In this document: positions 1 to 8,289 of the stretch, in pieces | How positions within the stretch are numbered: the stretch's first letter is position 1 | Layout of the letters: every line of letters begins with the position of its first letter | From: Thermodesulfobacteriota bacterium | GTDB lineage: Bacteria > Desulfobacterota_D > UBA1144 > Nemesobacterales > N074bin48 | NCBI GenBank assembly: GCA_041572575.1 | Contig: JBFFSH010000079.1 | Location: 1-11,996 of the forward strand | Direction of reading: 5' to 3' | Length of the DNA: 11,996 bases | Made by a program: the position numbers and the translations under genes | The notes under the pieces: model-generated | The model's database searches: none | Told to the model about the DNA's origin: nothing | The model's input: only the letters and a program-made list of their open reading frames with translations

Positions 1-426
1 AAGATCTCCCATACTGATACAATAACCTGCTTTAGGATTTGCACAGTCAGCTACTGTAGCCGTTTCACCGTCTGCTCCACTTGCAGGTAAAGCATCAAAG
101 AAACTACTATCAACAAGCGCGTCAGACTCTTCACAGTCACGGGCCCGATCAGGACAACGTAGGCTTGCTCTTGTTGTCAAACTACCTATTAACTGTGTAT
201 AGTCTCTTGCGTTATTACCATCAAGATCCTGTTCAAAATACTCGGCTTCTGCATCTCTTAGGGTCTGCATAGACTTTCTTGCGTTTGCTTCGTTTGCTGA
301 CATTCTAGCCTTAATAAGGTTAGGAATTGCAAGAGCAAGAAGAATACCAATAATAGCGGCTACTACTAAGAGCTCAATAAGTGTAAAACCTTTTTGTCCC
401 TTTTTACGTTTAATTAACTTAGGCAT
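1..426 (-). CDS. Type IV pilin (PilA-like, prepilin N-terminal cleavage/methylation domain), 3' end runs off the window
   Basis: Manual translation from ATG at 426: MPKLIKRKKGQKG|FTLIELLVVAAIIGILLALAIPNLIKARMSANEANARKSMQTLRDAEAEYFEQDLDGNNARDY...CANPKAGYCISMGDL, open for 142 codons to position 1. Class III signal (basic 13-aa leader, G|F, E5, G14, P22). AGGAGG RBS at 441-436. Confidence 0.95.
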   Translation of the reverse strand, partial: MPKLIKRKKGQKGFTLIELLVVAAIIGILLALAIPNLIKARMSANEANARKSMQTLRDAEAEYFEQDLDGNNARDYTQLIGSLTTRASLRCPDRARDCEESDALVDSSFFDALPASGADGETATVADCANPKAGYCISMGDL

Positions 427-462
427 ACTCAACTACCTCCTAAAAATTTTTCTTGGATATAG

Positions 463-478
463 TGCAAGCTGCATGCCA
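463..478 (-). promoter_or_regulatory. sigma54 (RpoN) -24/-12 promoter of the pilin gene
   Basis: Minus strand reads TGGCATG-CAGC-TTGCA versus consensus TGGCACG-N4-TTGCW (one mismatch, correct GG/GC spacing). Predicted TSS ~452, about 26 nt before the ATG. sigma54 control of pilA is known in Pseudomonas, Myxococcus and Geobacter. Confidence 0.85.
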
Positions 479-547
479 AATGTTTAGCAAAAATCAATTA
501 CTTTGATAACTAACTGTATTTATTAGATATTAATTATCACAGGCAAT

Positions 548-574
548 TATAATTAAGTATAATACTTAATTATA
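548..574. repeat. Perfect 27-bp palindrome (13-1-13), candidate operator/enhancer
   Basis: TATAATTAAGTAT-A-ATACTTAATTATA; the arms are exact reverse complements. Confidence 0.8.
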
Positions 575-656
575 GAGACAATATACAGTTTTTGAGTTTT
601 ACAGCAGTACATAATTTGCAGCACAATAATTATTACAATAATAAAAAGCATAATGA

Positions 657-669
657 GACATAATATGTC
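657..669. promoter_or_regulatory. GACA-N5-TGTC dyad, candidate enhancer-binding-protein (PilR-like) site
   Basis: GACATAATATGTC; a related AACA-ATATT-TGTC lies at 805-817, with GACA half-sites at 577, 708 and 832, all upstream of the sigma54 promoter. Confidence 0.35.
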
Positions 670-1443
670 ACTTTGTATATCTACTAACACCATATCTTGT
701 ATTATTAGACATATAATAACTATATATAGATATTATTATGTTCACATATTATACCTTATATAATTTATACAATTTCACAAGACTTATTACATGTAAAATA
801 CTGTAACAATATTTGTCAATCAAAAGATCCAGACAATTTGCTCAAGCAGTAATAATTTTCGTCATATTAGGATATTTTTCCCCTAATAACCTGCATATAT
901 AATAAAAAAGATATAAAGATGTATTTCGAATATCGAAAGAAGAGAAGTACATTTATTATTACATACATTAAACCCTGTATATATTGAACATACATACTTA
1001 TACAGATTCTTATGACACCTCTCAATATTTAAATACAGCACATAAAATAGCAATAATTAATATAAATTGATTAAACCTGTAATAATCCTGTATTAGCAAT
1101 ACTCTATTTATTATTAAACAGCCATACACTTAACCGAGCGAGGCTAATTAGCATAACAATATACTTTTTTCAAATACATAGCTTTTATGCTTTCCTCCAA
1201 ATTTTTGCCTATTTAGCTACTTATTTATTTATAATTAATGATCTGATCAGATTAAATAGTTTGATTATTCTTTTTGTATATAATTGAATCCATATACATA
1301 TAGAAATTTTCCAAAATTACCCAGTTTTTCATTATTTTCTGTCTAAATCGGATAATCTACAAGTAAAGTTCATCGTTATTTGATATTTACAATAAAAATT
1401 ATCTATCTACCTTAACAGTGGTTTATTATAATTACATTGATGT

Positions 1444-1472
1444 GTGATTCCTCGTGGTTGTTATGTTATAAT
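1444..1472 (+). promoter_or_regulatory. Putative sigma70 extended -10 promoter for the lipoprotein operon
   Basis: TG-t-TATAAT at 1464-1472, weak -35 GTGATT at 1444-1449 (17-nt spacer), GGAGAG RBS at 1494-1499. Confidence 0.5.
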
Positions 1473-1505
1473 ACTAAATTTACCATTCTCAATGGAGAGC
1501 AATAA

Positions 1506-2039
1506 ATGAAACATAATTACAAGATTATATTATTAGCCATACTAAGCGTTTTTGTACTCAACTGCGGCACTTTAGGCAAACTGGATACATCCTCTTATTA
1601 TAGCAAGCCAGAGACACTTCTGAGAAGCTACACGGCCTTTGAAATTACCGATTTTGAATCCTATGATGAAACGATTCCTTTAATTTTAAAAACACAGATA
1701 CCCGGTGAGGTGGAGAATCAATTAATACAATCTAATATAGGTTTTCAAACTATTAATTACGGGCCTATAGATAATGTACCCGCTAGTGAAACCATTATCA
1801 TGCTTGCTGAAATCGTAGATGTTCAGTCTTCAAAGGATTTCAAGTTTGATAAGGGAGCGCTTAAATTTGGAGAATCATCAATAAGCATAAAGATTGCGCT
1901 TGTACAAAAAGATAACGGCAGGGAGATACTCACGGCAGAAGTAGCGGGGTTCAGTTCCCTTGGATTTGGAAAATCGGCCGATAAATTCAAAGATAAAATA
2001 GCAAATGAAATAGTGGAAGTAATAGCAGCAAACTATTAG
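1506..2039 (+). CDS. Hypothetical lipoprotein
   Basis: 177 aa; basic N-terminus, hydrophobic stretch and lipobox-like VLN-C20-G; RBS upstream. Confidence 0.8.
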   Translation: MKHNYKIILLAILSVFVLNCGTLGKLDTSSYYSKPETLLRSYTAFEITDFESYDETIPLILKTQIPGEVENQLIQSNIGFQTINYGPIDNVPASETIIMLAEIVDVQSSKDFKFDKGALKFGESSISIKIALVQKDNGREILTAEVAGFSSLGFGKSADKFKDKIANEIVEVIAANY

Positions 2040-2051
2040 GAGGATACATTG

Positions 2052-3059
2052 ATGAACAGTATTAAATCAATAAAGACATTTCTGATATTCTTTATTATGT
2101 CATTGGTACTATTCAGTACTACGCAATTACTATCTGCATCGAATAAGACAAATGAAAAGACTTATAATACAGCTAGAAAGGAATTTTTAAAATTTACCCC
2201 TGATGGTTTTAATAAGTCTATCGAACTATACAATAATCTTATAAAATCCGACCCGGGCTATGCCAAGGCCTATAGCGGGCTATCAGAAGTTTATTCGTAT
2301 CTTGCCAACTATAAAGTCCATATAAAAGAAGATTATGAAGAACCGTTCAACAAGTCTTATATAAACCTAAAAAAGGCGCTTAAACTCTCACCCAACTCAC
2401 TTGAAACCAAAAGTGCGCTTGCCACAAACTATCTGCACCTGAGATGGAACACCAGGGCAAAAAAGGTTGCAAACTCGCTTATATCAAAATACCCATCGAG
2501 TCCCGAGGCATATTACCTCTACTGGTCTTCAACAGGCAAAAATCCTGATAGTACTTATATAAAAAAATCTCTGGAACTAAATCCCGATTTTGTTCCTGCA
2601 CATATCGAGCTTGGCACATCGTATTTTTACAAAAAGAGAAATTATAGAAAAGCTGCCGAACATTATAATAAATCACTGCAGATTGCAGATTCCCCTCAGC
2701 TAAGAAATTATCTGGGCACTACATTTAGAACGCAGGGCAGACTCTCTAGTGCAGTAGAACAGTATAAAAAGGCTATAAATATGGATCAGGAATTTGCCCT
2801 GGCCTATATGAACCTTGGAATTACAAAATATTATATGAAAAAATATGATGATGCTATCCAGCATTTAAATAAAGCAGTAGCAAAGAACATTAACCATCCA
2901 GAATCATTTTATTTCCTTGCTTCAAGCTATGAAATTTCAAATAACAGAAAACTAGCCCTGCAGCATTATGGCAACTTTTTAGAGCTTGTAATAAATGATT
3001 ACAGATACCGTGATTATGTCCAAAAAGCCAAAACAAGTTATGCCAAACTGAGCAAATAA
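2052..3059 (+). CDS. Secreted tetratricopeptide-repeat (TPR) protein
   Basis: Sec-type signal peptide; repeated TPR motifs (DPGYAKAYSGLS, LNPDFVPAHIELG, DQEFALAYMNLG, HPESFYFLA). AGGAGG at 2038-2043 favours ATG 2052 over TTG 2049. Confidence 0.88.
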   Translation: MNSIKSIKTFLIFFIMSLVLFSTTQLLSASNKTNEKTYNTARKEFLKFTPDGFNKSIELYNNLIKSDPGYAKAYSGLSEVYSYLANYKVHIKEDYEEPFNKSYINLKKALKLSPNSLETKSALATNYLHLRWNTRAKKVANSLISKYPSSPEAYYLYWSSTGKNPDSTYIKKSLELNPDFVPAHIELGTSYFYKKRNYRKAAEHYNKSLQIADSPQLRNYLGTTFRTQGRLSSAVEQYKKAINMDQEFALAYMNLGITKYYMKKYDDAIQHLNKAVAKNINHPESFYFLASSYEISNNRKLALQHYGNFLELVINDYRYRDYVQKAKTSYAKLSK

Positions 3060-3068
3060 TAAGGTTTA

Positions 3069-3386
3069 ATGTCTAATGATTCTATAAAAGTCTCATTTTC
3101 ATTAGAATCCAGAAGCACACTCTGGAACGTTATTTTTGAAGGATTTGATCAAGAAATAATACTAGTTACAAATTTTTGCGCAGATACTGCAAGTTCTATT
3201 GGGCTACTGCATAGTTTTGCTGGATTAATCGATAAAAAATTTAGAGACTGTTTTATAAGAACCACTGAACAGGGCTTGGTAATAGAAAAATATATGTCCA
3301 CAAATGATGCCTCTCGAATTAATGACTGGGAAAATCTAATGCTAAACCTAAGAGATGATATTACATCAATTACTGCTGCAAACTGA
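3069..3386 (+). CDS. Hypothetical protein (105 aa)
   Basis: ATG 9 nt after the TPR stop, AAGG upstream, fills the gap up to the convergent birA stop; no recognisable motif. Confidence 0.7.
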   Translation: MSNDSIKVSFSLESRSTLWNVIFEGFDQEIILVTNFCADTASSIGLLHSFAGLIDKKFRDCFIRTTEQGLVIEKYMSTNDASRINDWENLMLNLRDDITSITAAN

Positions 3387-3387
3387 T

Positions 3388-4179
3388 TTATATGTAGACC
3401 ACATCGCCTGAAACTATCCTAACCGTTTCATCATTTTGATTATGCACCAGCATAAATCCATCTTTGTCTAGTCCTACACACCTACCTGTAAACTGATCAT
3501 CCTCTGTATTCACACTCACTGTTTTCCCTTTTCCATTCCATTTACTCTCCCATAGATTATATATAAATTCCTTTCCATGTTTTATATAGCATTCATAACA
3601 TTCATCGAGATTATTTAGCAACTTTATCAAAAACTCATTTCTGTTAACTTTTTTTCCTTGCTCTATGTATACCGAAGTAGCAAGGTTATCCACATCACCT
3701 TCTGAAAGGCTATCTATATCGACATTTAAATTGATCCCGATTCCCACAACCACATGACCGGGTTTATTCCCTTCCATATTAATTTCTGTTAATACCCCAG
3801 AGATTTTCTTTCTGTTTACCTGCACATCATTTGGCCATTTTATCTCAGGGCTCAAACCGTACTCCAAAAGAGTGTTAACAGTTGCTACAGATGAAACAAA
3901 TGTAAGAATATTTACCTCTTCGGTTTTTATATCAGGAATTAATATTACAGATAAGTATAGGTTTACTCCTTTTGGGGAATACCACGAGCGGTCCAACCTG
4001 CCCTTTCCTGCGTATTGACTGTCTGCTACTACAATGGTACCCGAAACGCATGGCTTCTGATCTATAATGCTCAATGCGTATTTATTGGTCGAGTCAACCT
4101 CATCCAAAAATATAAGCCTGCTTCCAATATGACGATTGGTAATTTTTGAACAAACTAGATCTTTGTTATATTTACTCAT
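3388..4179 (-). CDS. birA: Biotin--[acetyl-CoA-carboxylase] ligase lacking the N-terminal HTH (group I)
   Basis: Motifs VDSTN, QYAGKGR, WYSP, KWPNDV, KISGVL, VVGIGIN and C-terminal SGDV; 263 aa. Confidence 0.95.
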   Translation of the reverse strand: MSKYNKDLVCSKITNRHIGSRLIFLDEVDSTNKYALSIIDQKPCVSGTIVVADSQYAGKGRLDRSWYSPKGVNLYLSVILIPDIKTEEVNILTFVSSVATVNTLLEYGLSPEIKWPNDVQVNRKKISGVLTEINMEGNKPGHVVVGIGINLNVDIDSLSEGDVDNLATSVYIEQGKKVNRNEFLIKLLNNLDECYECYIKHGKEFIYNLWESKWNGKGKTVSVNTEDDQFTGRCVGLDKDGFMLVHNQNDETVRIVSGDVVYI

Positions 4180-4316
4180 TACACTTAATTATAATACACT
4201 TTAAAAAACCAAGATTTAAGTTAATTTTATTTACAGTTAATTATGGTATTTTATTCTGTGCCGGATTAGATAGAATAAGCATCCTGGATTTAGATAAACT
4301 ATGAAAATCAAACAAA

Positions 4317-4742
4317 ATGTCTGATACTGAAAAGAAAGATATTATAAGGTCTAACGAAACATTTTATAAAGCTCTTGGAACAAGGGATTTGAAGCTTATG
4401 GAAAGTGTTTGGGCAAATGATGATAAATCATGCTGTGTACACCCGGGCTGGATAATGTTTTATGGCTGGGATTCAATAAAACAGAGCTGGGAAAACGTAT
4501 TTGACCCTGAGGACCAGGTAGATATAAAGCTAACTAACATAAACCTGGAAGTTAAGGGTAACGTTGCCTGGCTTACCTGCATACAACACCTAACATACAT
4601 CAAGCGAGACCCTATGATGGCAAACGTCTCCCAATCAACAAATATCTTCGAGAAAAAAGGCTCAACATGGCTTATGGTGCTTCATCATGCCTCCCCGGTT
4701 CCTGTCACCGAATATGAAGTGCCAAACACTACATTACAATAG
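4317..4742 (+). CDS. SnoaL-like / NTF2-family protein
   Basis: NETFYKAL...DLKLMESVW, CVHPGW...GWDSIKQSWENVF, TNIFEK...WLMVLHHASP, typical of SnoaL_3-type proteins. Confidence 0.88.
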   Translation: MSDTEKKDIIRSNETFYKALGTRDLKLMESVWANDDKSCCVHPGWIMFYGWDSIKQSWENVFDPEDQVDIKLTNINLEVKGNVAWLTCIQHLTYIKRDPMMANVSQSTNIFEKKGSTWLMVLHHASPVPVTEYEVPNTTLQ

Positions 4743-4770
4743 TCTTGTATTAGATATCTAATTTTTATTA

Positions 4771-7700
4771 CTAATTGGATCTGTCGGGATATTCCGGTAC
4801 TACAGGTTTTTGTTCTTGTCTGTTATTTAGCATCTCCAAAATTACATCAACCGCTTTTTGGAGCTGAGGATCAGAATTATCCGGATTAATACTGCTCATA
4901 TTTTCCACTTCATAATCCGGTGATACGCCGTAGCCTTCGATGTCCCAGTTTCCATCGGTACCCAGGAAAGCATAGTTTGGTGTAGTTATATAGCCGTGGT
5001 CCACTAACCTTGGAAAACCCCCAATACCAATAAGCCCTCCAAGAGTTCTTTTACCAACAAGTTTGCCAAGCCCTGTTTTTTTAAAATAATGAGGAAATGC
5101 ATCTCCACCTGAACCTGCCCATCCGTTAATTATCATAACCTTGGGTCCTGTGTGAGAAACAAAAGGGCTTTGATGAGAATTTTGCTCGCGCCTTGCCCAG
5201 TAGTTATAAACAGGCCTGTTAAGTAGCTCAATAAACCTGTCAGGCACCTGCCCTCCTCCATTGAACCTCTCGTCAATTATAAGCCCATGTTTTGTTCTTT
5301 GAGGTATAAACTGTCTTACAAGCTCATTTTGACCGTGTGTTCCGGTATCGGGAACGTATATATAACCTACTTTTCCACCCGTTAGCTCGTCCACTTTTTT
5401 TCTCTTAGATTCTACCCAGTCAAGATACCTAAGCCTTAAATCCGCTTTTCTATTAAGCATTTTTATGAGTACAGTTTTTGATTCATTTGGCTTATCGGGT
5501 GAACTCACCTCTAATTCTGCTACTTCTCCAGCAAGATTTTGAAACGCGGCCCATGGATCAACAGATGTATTTATTTTTTTACCATTTACAGATAAAACAT
5601 AATCACCCTCAGCTATATTTATTCCAGGTAGTGCCAGAGGAGAGCGAACCTCTTCATCCCATACTCCTCCTTTATAAATCTTTTTTATAAAGTAAGCATC
5701 ATTTTTAGAGTCATACTCAAAATCGCATCCCAAAAGCCCGACCGATATTTTATGTGCATTATCTAAGTCGCCGCCTTTTACATAAGTATGAGATGAATTG
5801 AGCTCAGAGACCATTTCTCCAATCAGATAATTTAAATCATCCCTGCTTACTACGTGCTTGAGCAACCCTGAGTAATGATCCCTTACTGCGTTCCAGTCCA
5901 CCCCATGCATATTAGGATCATAAAAGAAATCTCTTTCGATCCTCCATGCTTCGTGAAATATCTGATTCCATTCCTTTCTTAAATCAACAAATGAGCTGAT
6001 CTTGTTAGTTGCAAGCTTGCCGGCTCCGGCTTTTTGTTCTTTATCACTAGTTGTTACTCCATATTTATTATTAGCTTTATATAAATAGGATTTACCATCA
6101 TATGAGAGGCTATAATTGTTAATACCCTTTATTAATGTCTTTTCCTTCTTGTCTTTTAATGAATACAAATTCAGGTTTCCTTTGTTTTTGGAATGATGGC
6201 TTCTTGCAGCCGGAGCTTTCATATAGAAAAGGTTATCATCTTTAAATTCAAGCCTCTTGTAATTACTATGTGATACAGGAACTTTTATGACCCTGTTTTC
6301 TATATTTTCAAAATCTATTTTTAGAGTATTAGTATTTTTCCTGCTTCTATTTCTTTTTTCCTTCTCATCTCCATTTTCATGATCGGTCTGAGTGTTGAGA
6401 CCTTTTGGTAAAAATGGTGATTTTAAATCTTTTTGTAATGTAATAATAAAAAGCTGAGTAGAGCCTGGATATATCCAGGTTTCATCCATATCTCCATATA
6501 GAGGGTTAAAATGCCTGTCTGAAAAAAATGCCAGATACTTTCCGTTGCTGCTAAACACCGGAGAGTAGTCGTTGTAGTAATCACTTGTAATCTGAGCAGA
6601 TTTCCCCTCTTTTATGTCATATATAAAAATTGATGATTGATAGTTATCAAGTTTTTTTGAATAAGCAATAAACTGACTGTCATGTGACCATGTGTAGTAT
6701 CTTATCTTTTCCCAGTTATCAGTATCTATTACCTTTACTTCTTTGGTCTTTATATCGGCTATAAAAAGGCTGCCTGTATTATTTATAAGCAAAACACTTT
6801 TTGCATCGGGTGACCAGACAGGGTTGTAATAATAACCTGGCTCCAACTCTATAACATCTGTAGTTAAATCTGATAAATTTAAAATATGTAATTGATACTC
6901 TCCTGTACTGTCAGAGAGATAAGCAATCTTATCTTCATTTACCGACCATGTGGGATATTTTTCGGCACTCCCTGAACTGTTCGTAATATTCTTTATTATC
7001 TCATTTTTAGCACCCACAAGAAACACCTCACCCCTTGCTTCAAACAGCGCCTGCCTGCCGGAAGGAGAAAGTTCGTATGAGTCAATATATTTTTCGAGAT
7101 TTTTAAGCCTTGGTCTAATATCGGGAAGATCAGCAGGAACCGAGATAGAGATATGGGTTGATTTTTGAGTCTTAAGATCGAGCAGGTAAATTTTAGCGCC
7201 GTTCTCAAACACTATTGAATCAGGCCCTAGGCTTGGCCACTTGATATCAAAATCTTTAAAATGAGTTACCTGTGTTATTTCATTATTTGATGTGTTTAGT
7301 TTCCAAATGTTGTTACGTTTGTTCTCTCCCCTGTCAGAGATAAAGTAAATAGAATTACCGTGCCACATAGCAAGAGAATCTTTACCTTCAAAATTTGTAA
7401 GCTTTGATACTTTGTCCTCACCAAAATCATAGACCCATATATCACTTGCCATGCCACCCCTGTATCTCTTCCACGTTCTGGACTCGCGCGATACTATCTG
7501 AAAGGTCATCTTGCTCCCATCAGAGTTAAAACTTGCCCATTCACCAAAAGGGAGAGGAAGTTTTTGCGCAAGCCCACCTTGTACAGATTGTTTGAAAAGT
7601 TTATTAAATCTTCTTATGGGACTTAACATCTGGGATTTAAAAAGAATATCTTTCGAATCCGGATACCATTCCACTACATAATCATCATCTGGATGATGGG

Positions 7701-8025
7701 TGAGTCGTTTAACCTCTCCTCCCTCCGAGGGCATTAAATATACATCAATATTCCCGTCATAATTACCGCTAAAAGCTATCTGTGTTCCGTCGGGAGAAAA
7801 CTTGGGGAAAAACTCCTGTCCTTTTGGTGAGCTCAGCCTCGCAGCCACTCCGCCGCTTTTACCTACGCTCCAGATGTCTCCTGCATATACAAAAACGATT
7901 TTGTCCTGGCTCACATCGGGAAACCTTAGCATTTTAGCATCGGCCTCAGTATATTGCTCATCCGATGCTGCCAACTGAACATTTAGTAAAATAGCCGCTA
8001 TTAGAATAAATATATATTTAATCAC
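4771..8025 (-). CDS. Tricorn protease homolog (peptidase S41, beta-propellers + PDZ), secreted
   Basis: 1084 aa; signal peptide; MLRFPDV..KIVFVYAGDIW, PD40-like repeats (PKFSPDG), WKRYRGG, FYDPNMHGVDW, ELNSSHTY (His), IIDERFNGGG, AGSGGDAF (catalytic Ser), GKRTLGG, DPQLQKAV. GTG start. Confidence 0.95.
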   Translation of the reverse strand: MIKYIFILIAAILLNVQLAASDEQYTEADAKMLRFPDVSQDKIVFVYAGDIWSVGKSGGVAARLSSPKGQEFFPKFSPDGTQIAFSGNYDGNIDVYLMPSEGGEVKRLTHHPDDDYVVEWYPDSKDILFKSQMLSPIRRFNKLFKQSVQGGLAQKLPLPFGEWASFNSDGSKMTFQIVSRESRTWKRYRGGMASDIWVYDFGEDKVSKLTNFEGKDSLAMWHGNSIYFISDRGENKRNNIWKLNTSNNEITQVTHFKDFDIKWPSLGPDSIVFENGAKIYLLDLKTQKSTHISISVPADLPDIRPRLKNLEKYIDSYELSPSGRQALFEARGEVFLVGAKNEIIKNITNSSGSAEKYPTWSVNEDKIAYLSDSTGEYQLHILNLSDLTTDVIELEPGYYYNPVWSPDAKSVLLINNTGSLFIADIKTKEVKVIDTDNWEKIRYYTWSHDSQFIAYSKKLDNYQSSIFIYDIKEGKSAQITSDYYNDYSPVFSSNGKYLAFFSDRHFNPLYGDMDETWIYPGSTQLFIITLQKDLKSPFLPKGLNTQTDHENGDEKEKRNRSRKNTNTLKIDFENIENRVIKVPVSHSNYKRLEFKDDNLFYMKAPAARSHHSKNKGNLNLYSLKDKKEKTLIKGINNYSLSYDGKSYLYKANNKYGVTTSDKEQKAGAGKLATNKISSFVDLRKEWNQIFHEAWRIERDFFYDPNMHGVDWNAVRDHYSGLLKHVVSRDDLNYLIGEMVSELNSSHTYVKGGDLDNAHKISVGLLGCDFEYDSKNDAYFIKKIYKGGVWDEEVRSPLALPGINIAEGDYVLSVNGKKINTSVDPWAAFQNLAGEVAELEVSSPDKPNESKTVLIKMLNRKADLRLRYLDWVESKRKKVDELTGGKVGYIYVPDTGTHGQNELVRQFIPQRTKHGLIIDERFNGGGQVPDRFIELLNRPVYNYWARREQNSHQSPFVSHTGPKVMIINGWAGSGGDAFPHYFKKTGLGKLVGKRTLGGLIGIGGFPRLVDHGYITTPNYAFLGTDGNWDIEGYGVSPDYEVENMSSINPDNSDPQLQKAVDVILEMLNNRQEQKPVVPEYPDRSN

Positions 8026-8199
8026 TTGTTGTTTACCCTTTATATAAAAGCTGTGATACTGCTAAACCTATTAAATTAACCAATAAATCATAAAATAACT
8101 ATATTTTTATCAGATTAGAAATAAATCCTTGAATATAGTTTCAGAAGTTGACTTAAATTATCTAAATGGAAAAATCTCAGGAGGCTAATATTATAGCAC

Positions 8200-8289
8200 G
8201 GAGGGATGGCCGAGTGGACGAAGGCGCTGGTCTCGAAAACCAGTGTGCGAGCAATCGCATCGTGGGTTCGAATCCCACTCCCTCCGCCA
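8200..8289 (+). tRNA. tRNA-Ser(CGA)
   Basis: Acceptor GGAGGGA/TCCCTCC, discriminator G, encoded CCA; anticodon stem CTGGT/ACCAG with CGA at 8234-8236; long variable arm TGCGA-GCAA-TCGCA; T arm GTGGG-TTCGAAT-CCCAC. Confidence 0.97.

Noticed and set aside
81..272. 63-aa plus-strand ORF
   Set aside because: Antisense shadow of the pilin gene.
199..387. Electrically conductive (Geobacter-type) e-pilin
   Set aside because: Mature positions 24, 27 and 32 are L, A and N rather than aromatic, there is a 48-residue aromatic-free gap between F1 and Y50, and the protein is long.
719..746. dif-like site ACTATATATAG-ATATTA-TTATGTTCACA (also TTATGTTATAA at 1461)
   Set aside because: XerD arm is only about 8/11 and the XerC arm lacks the conserved inner ATAA; expected by chance in AT-rich DNA.
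480..1440. Replication origin (oriC)
   Set aside because: AT-rich, but I found no cluster of TTATCCACA-like DnaA boxes and no dnaA/gidA/parA context.
2479..2676. 65-aa minus-strand ORF
   Set aside because: Antisense within the TPR gene; no protein-like features.
4301..4324. Out-of-frame micro-ORF MKIKQNV overlapping the SnoaL start
   Set aside because: No SD sequence and no evidence for translation; the 4317 start already gives a complete domain.
5478..7208. Short ORFs 5478-5690, 6950-7168 and 6996-7208
   Set aside because: Antisense or alternative-frame ORFs inside the tricorn protease gene.
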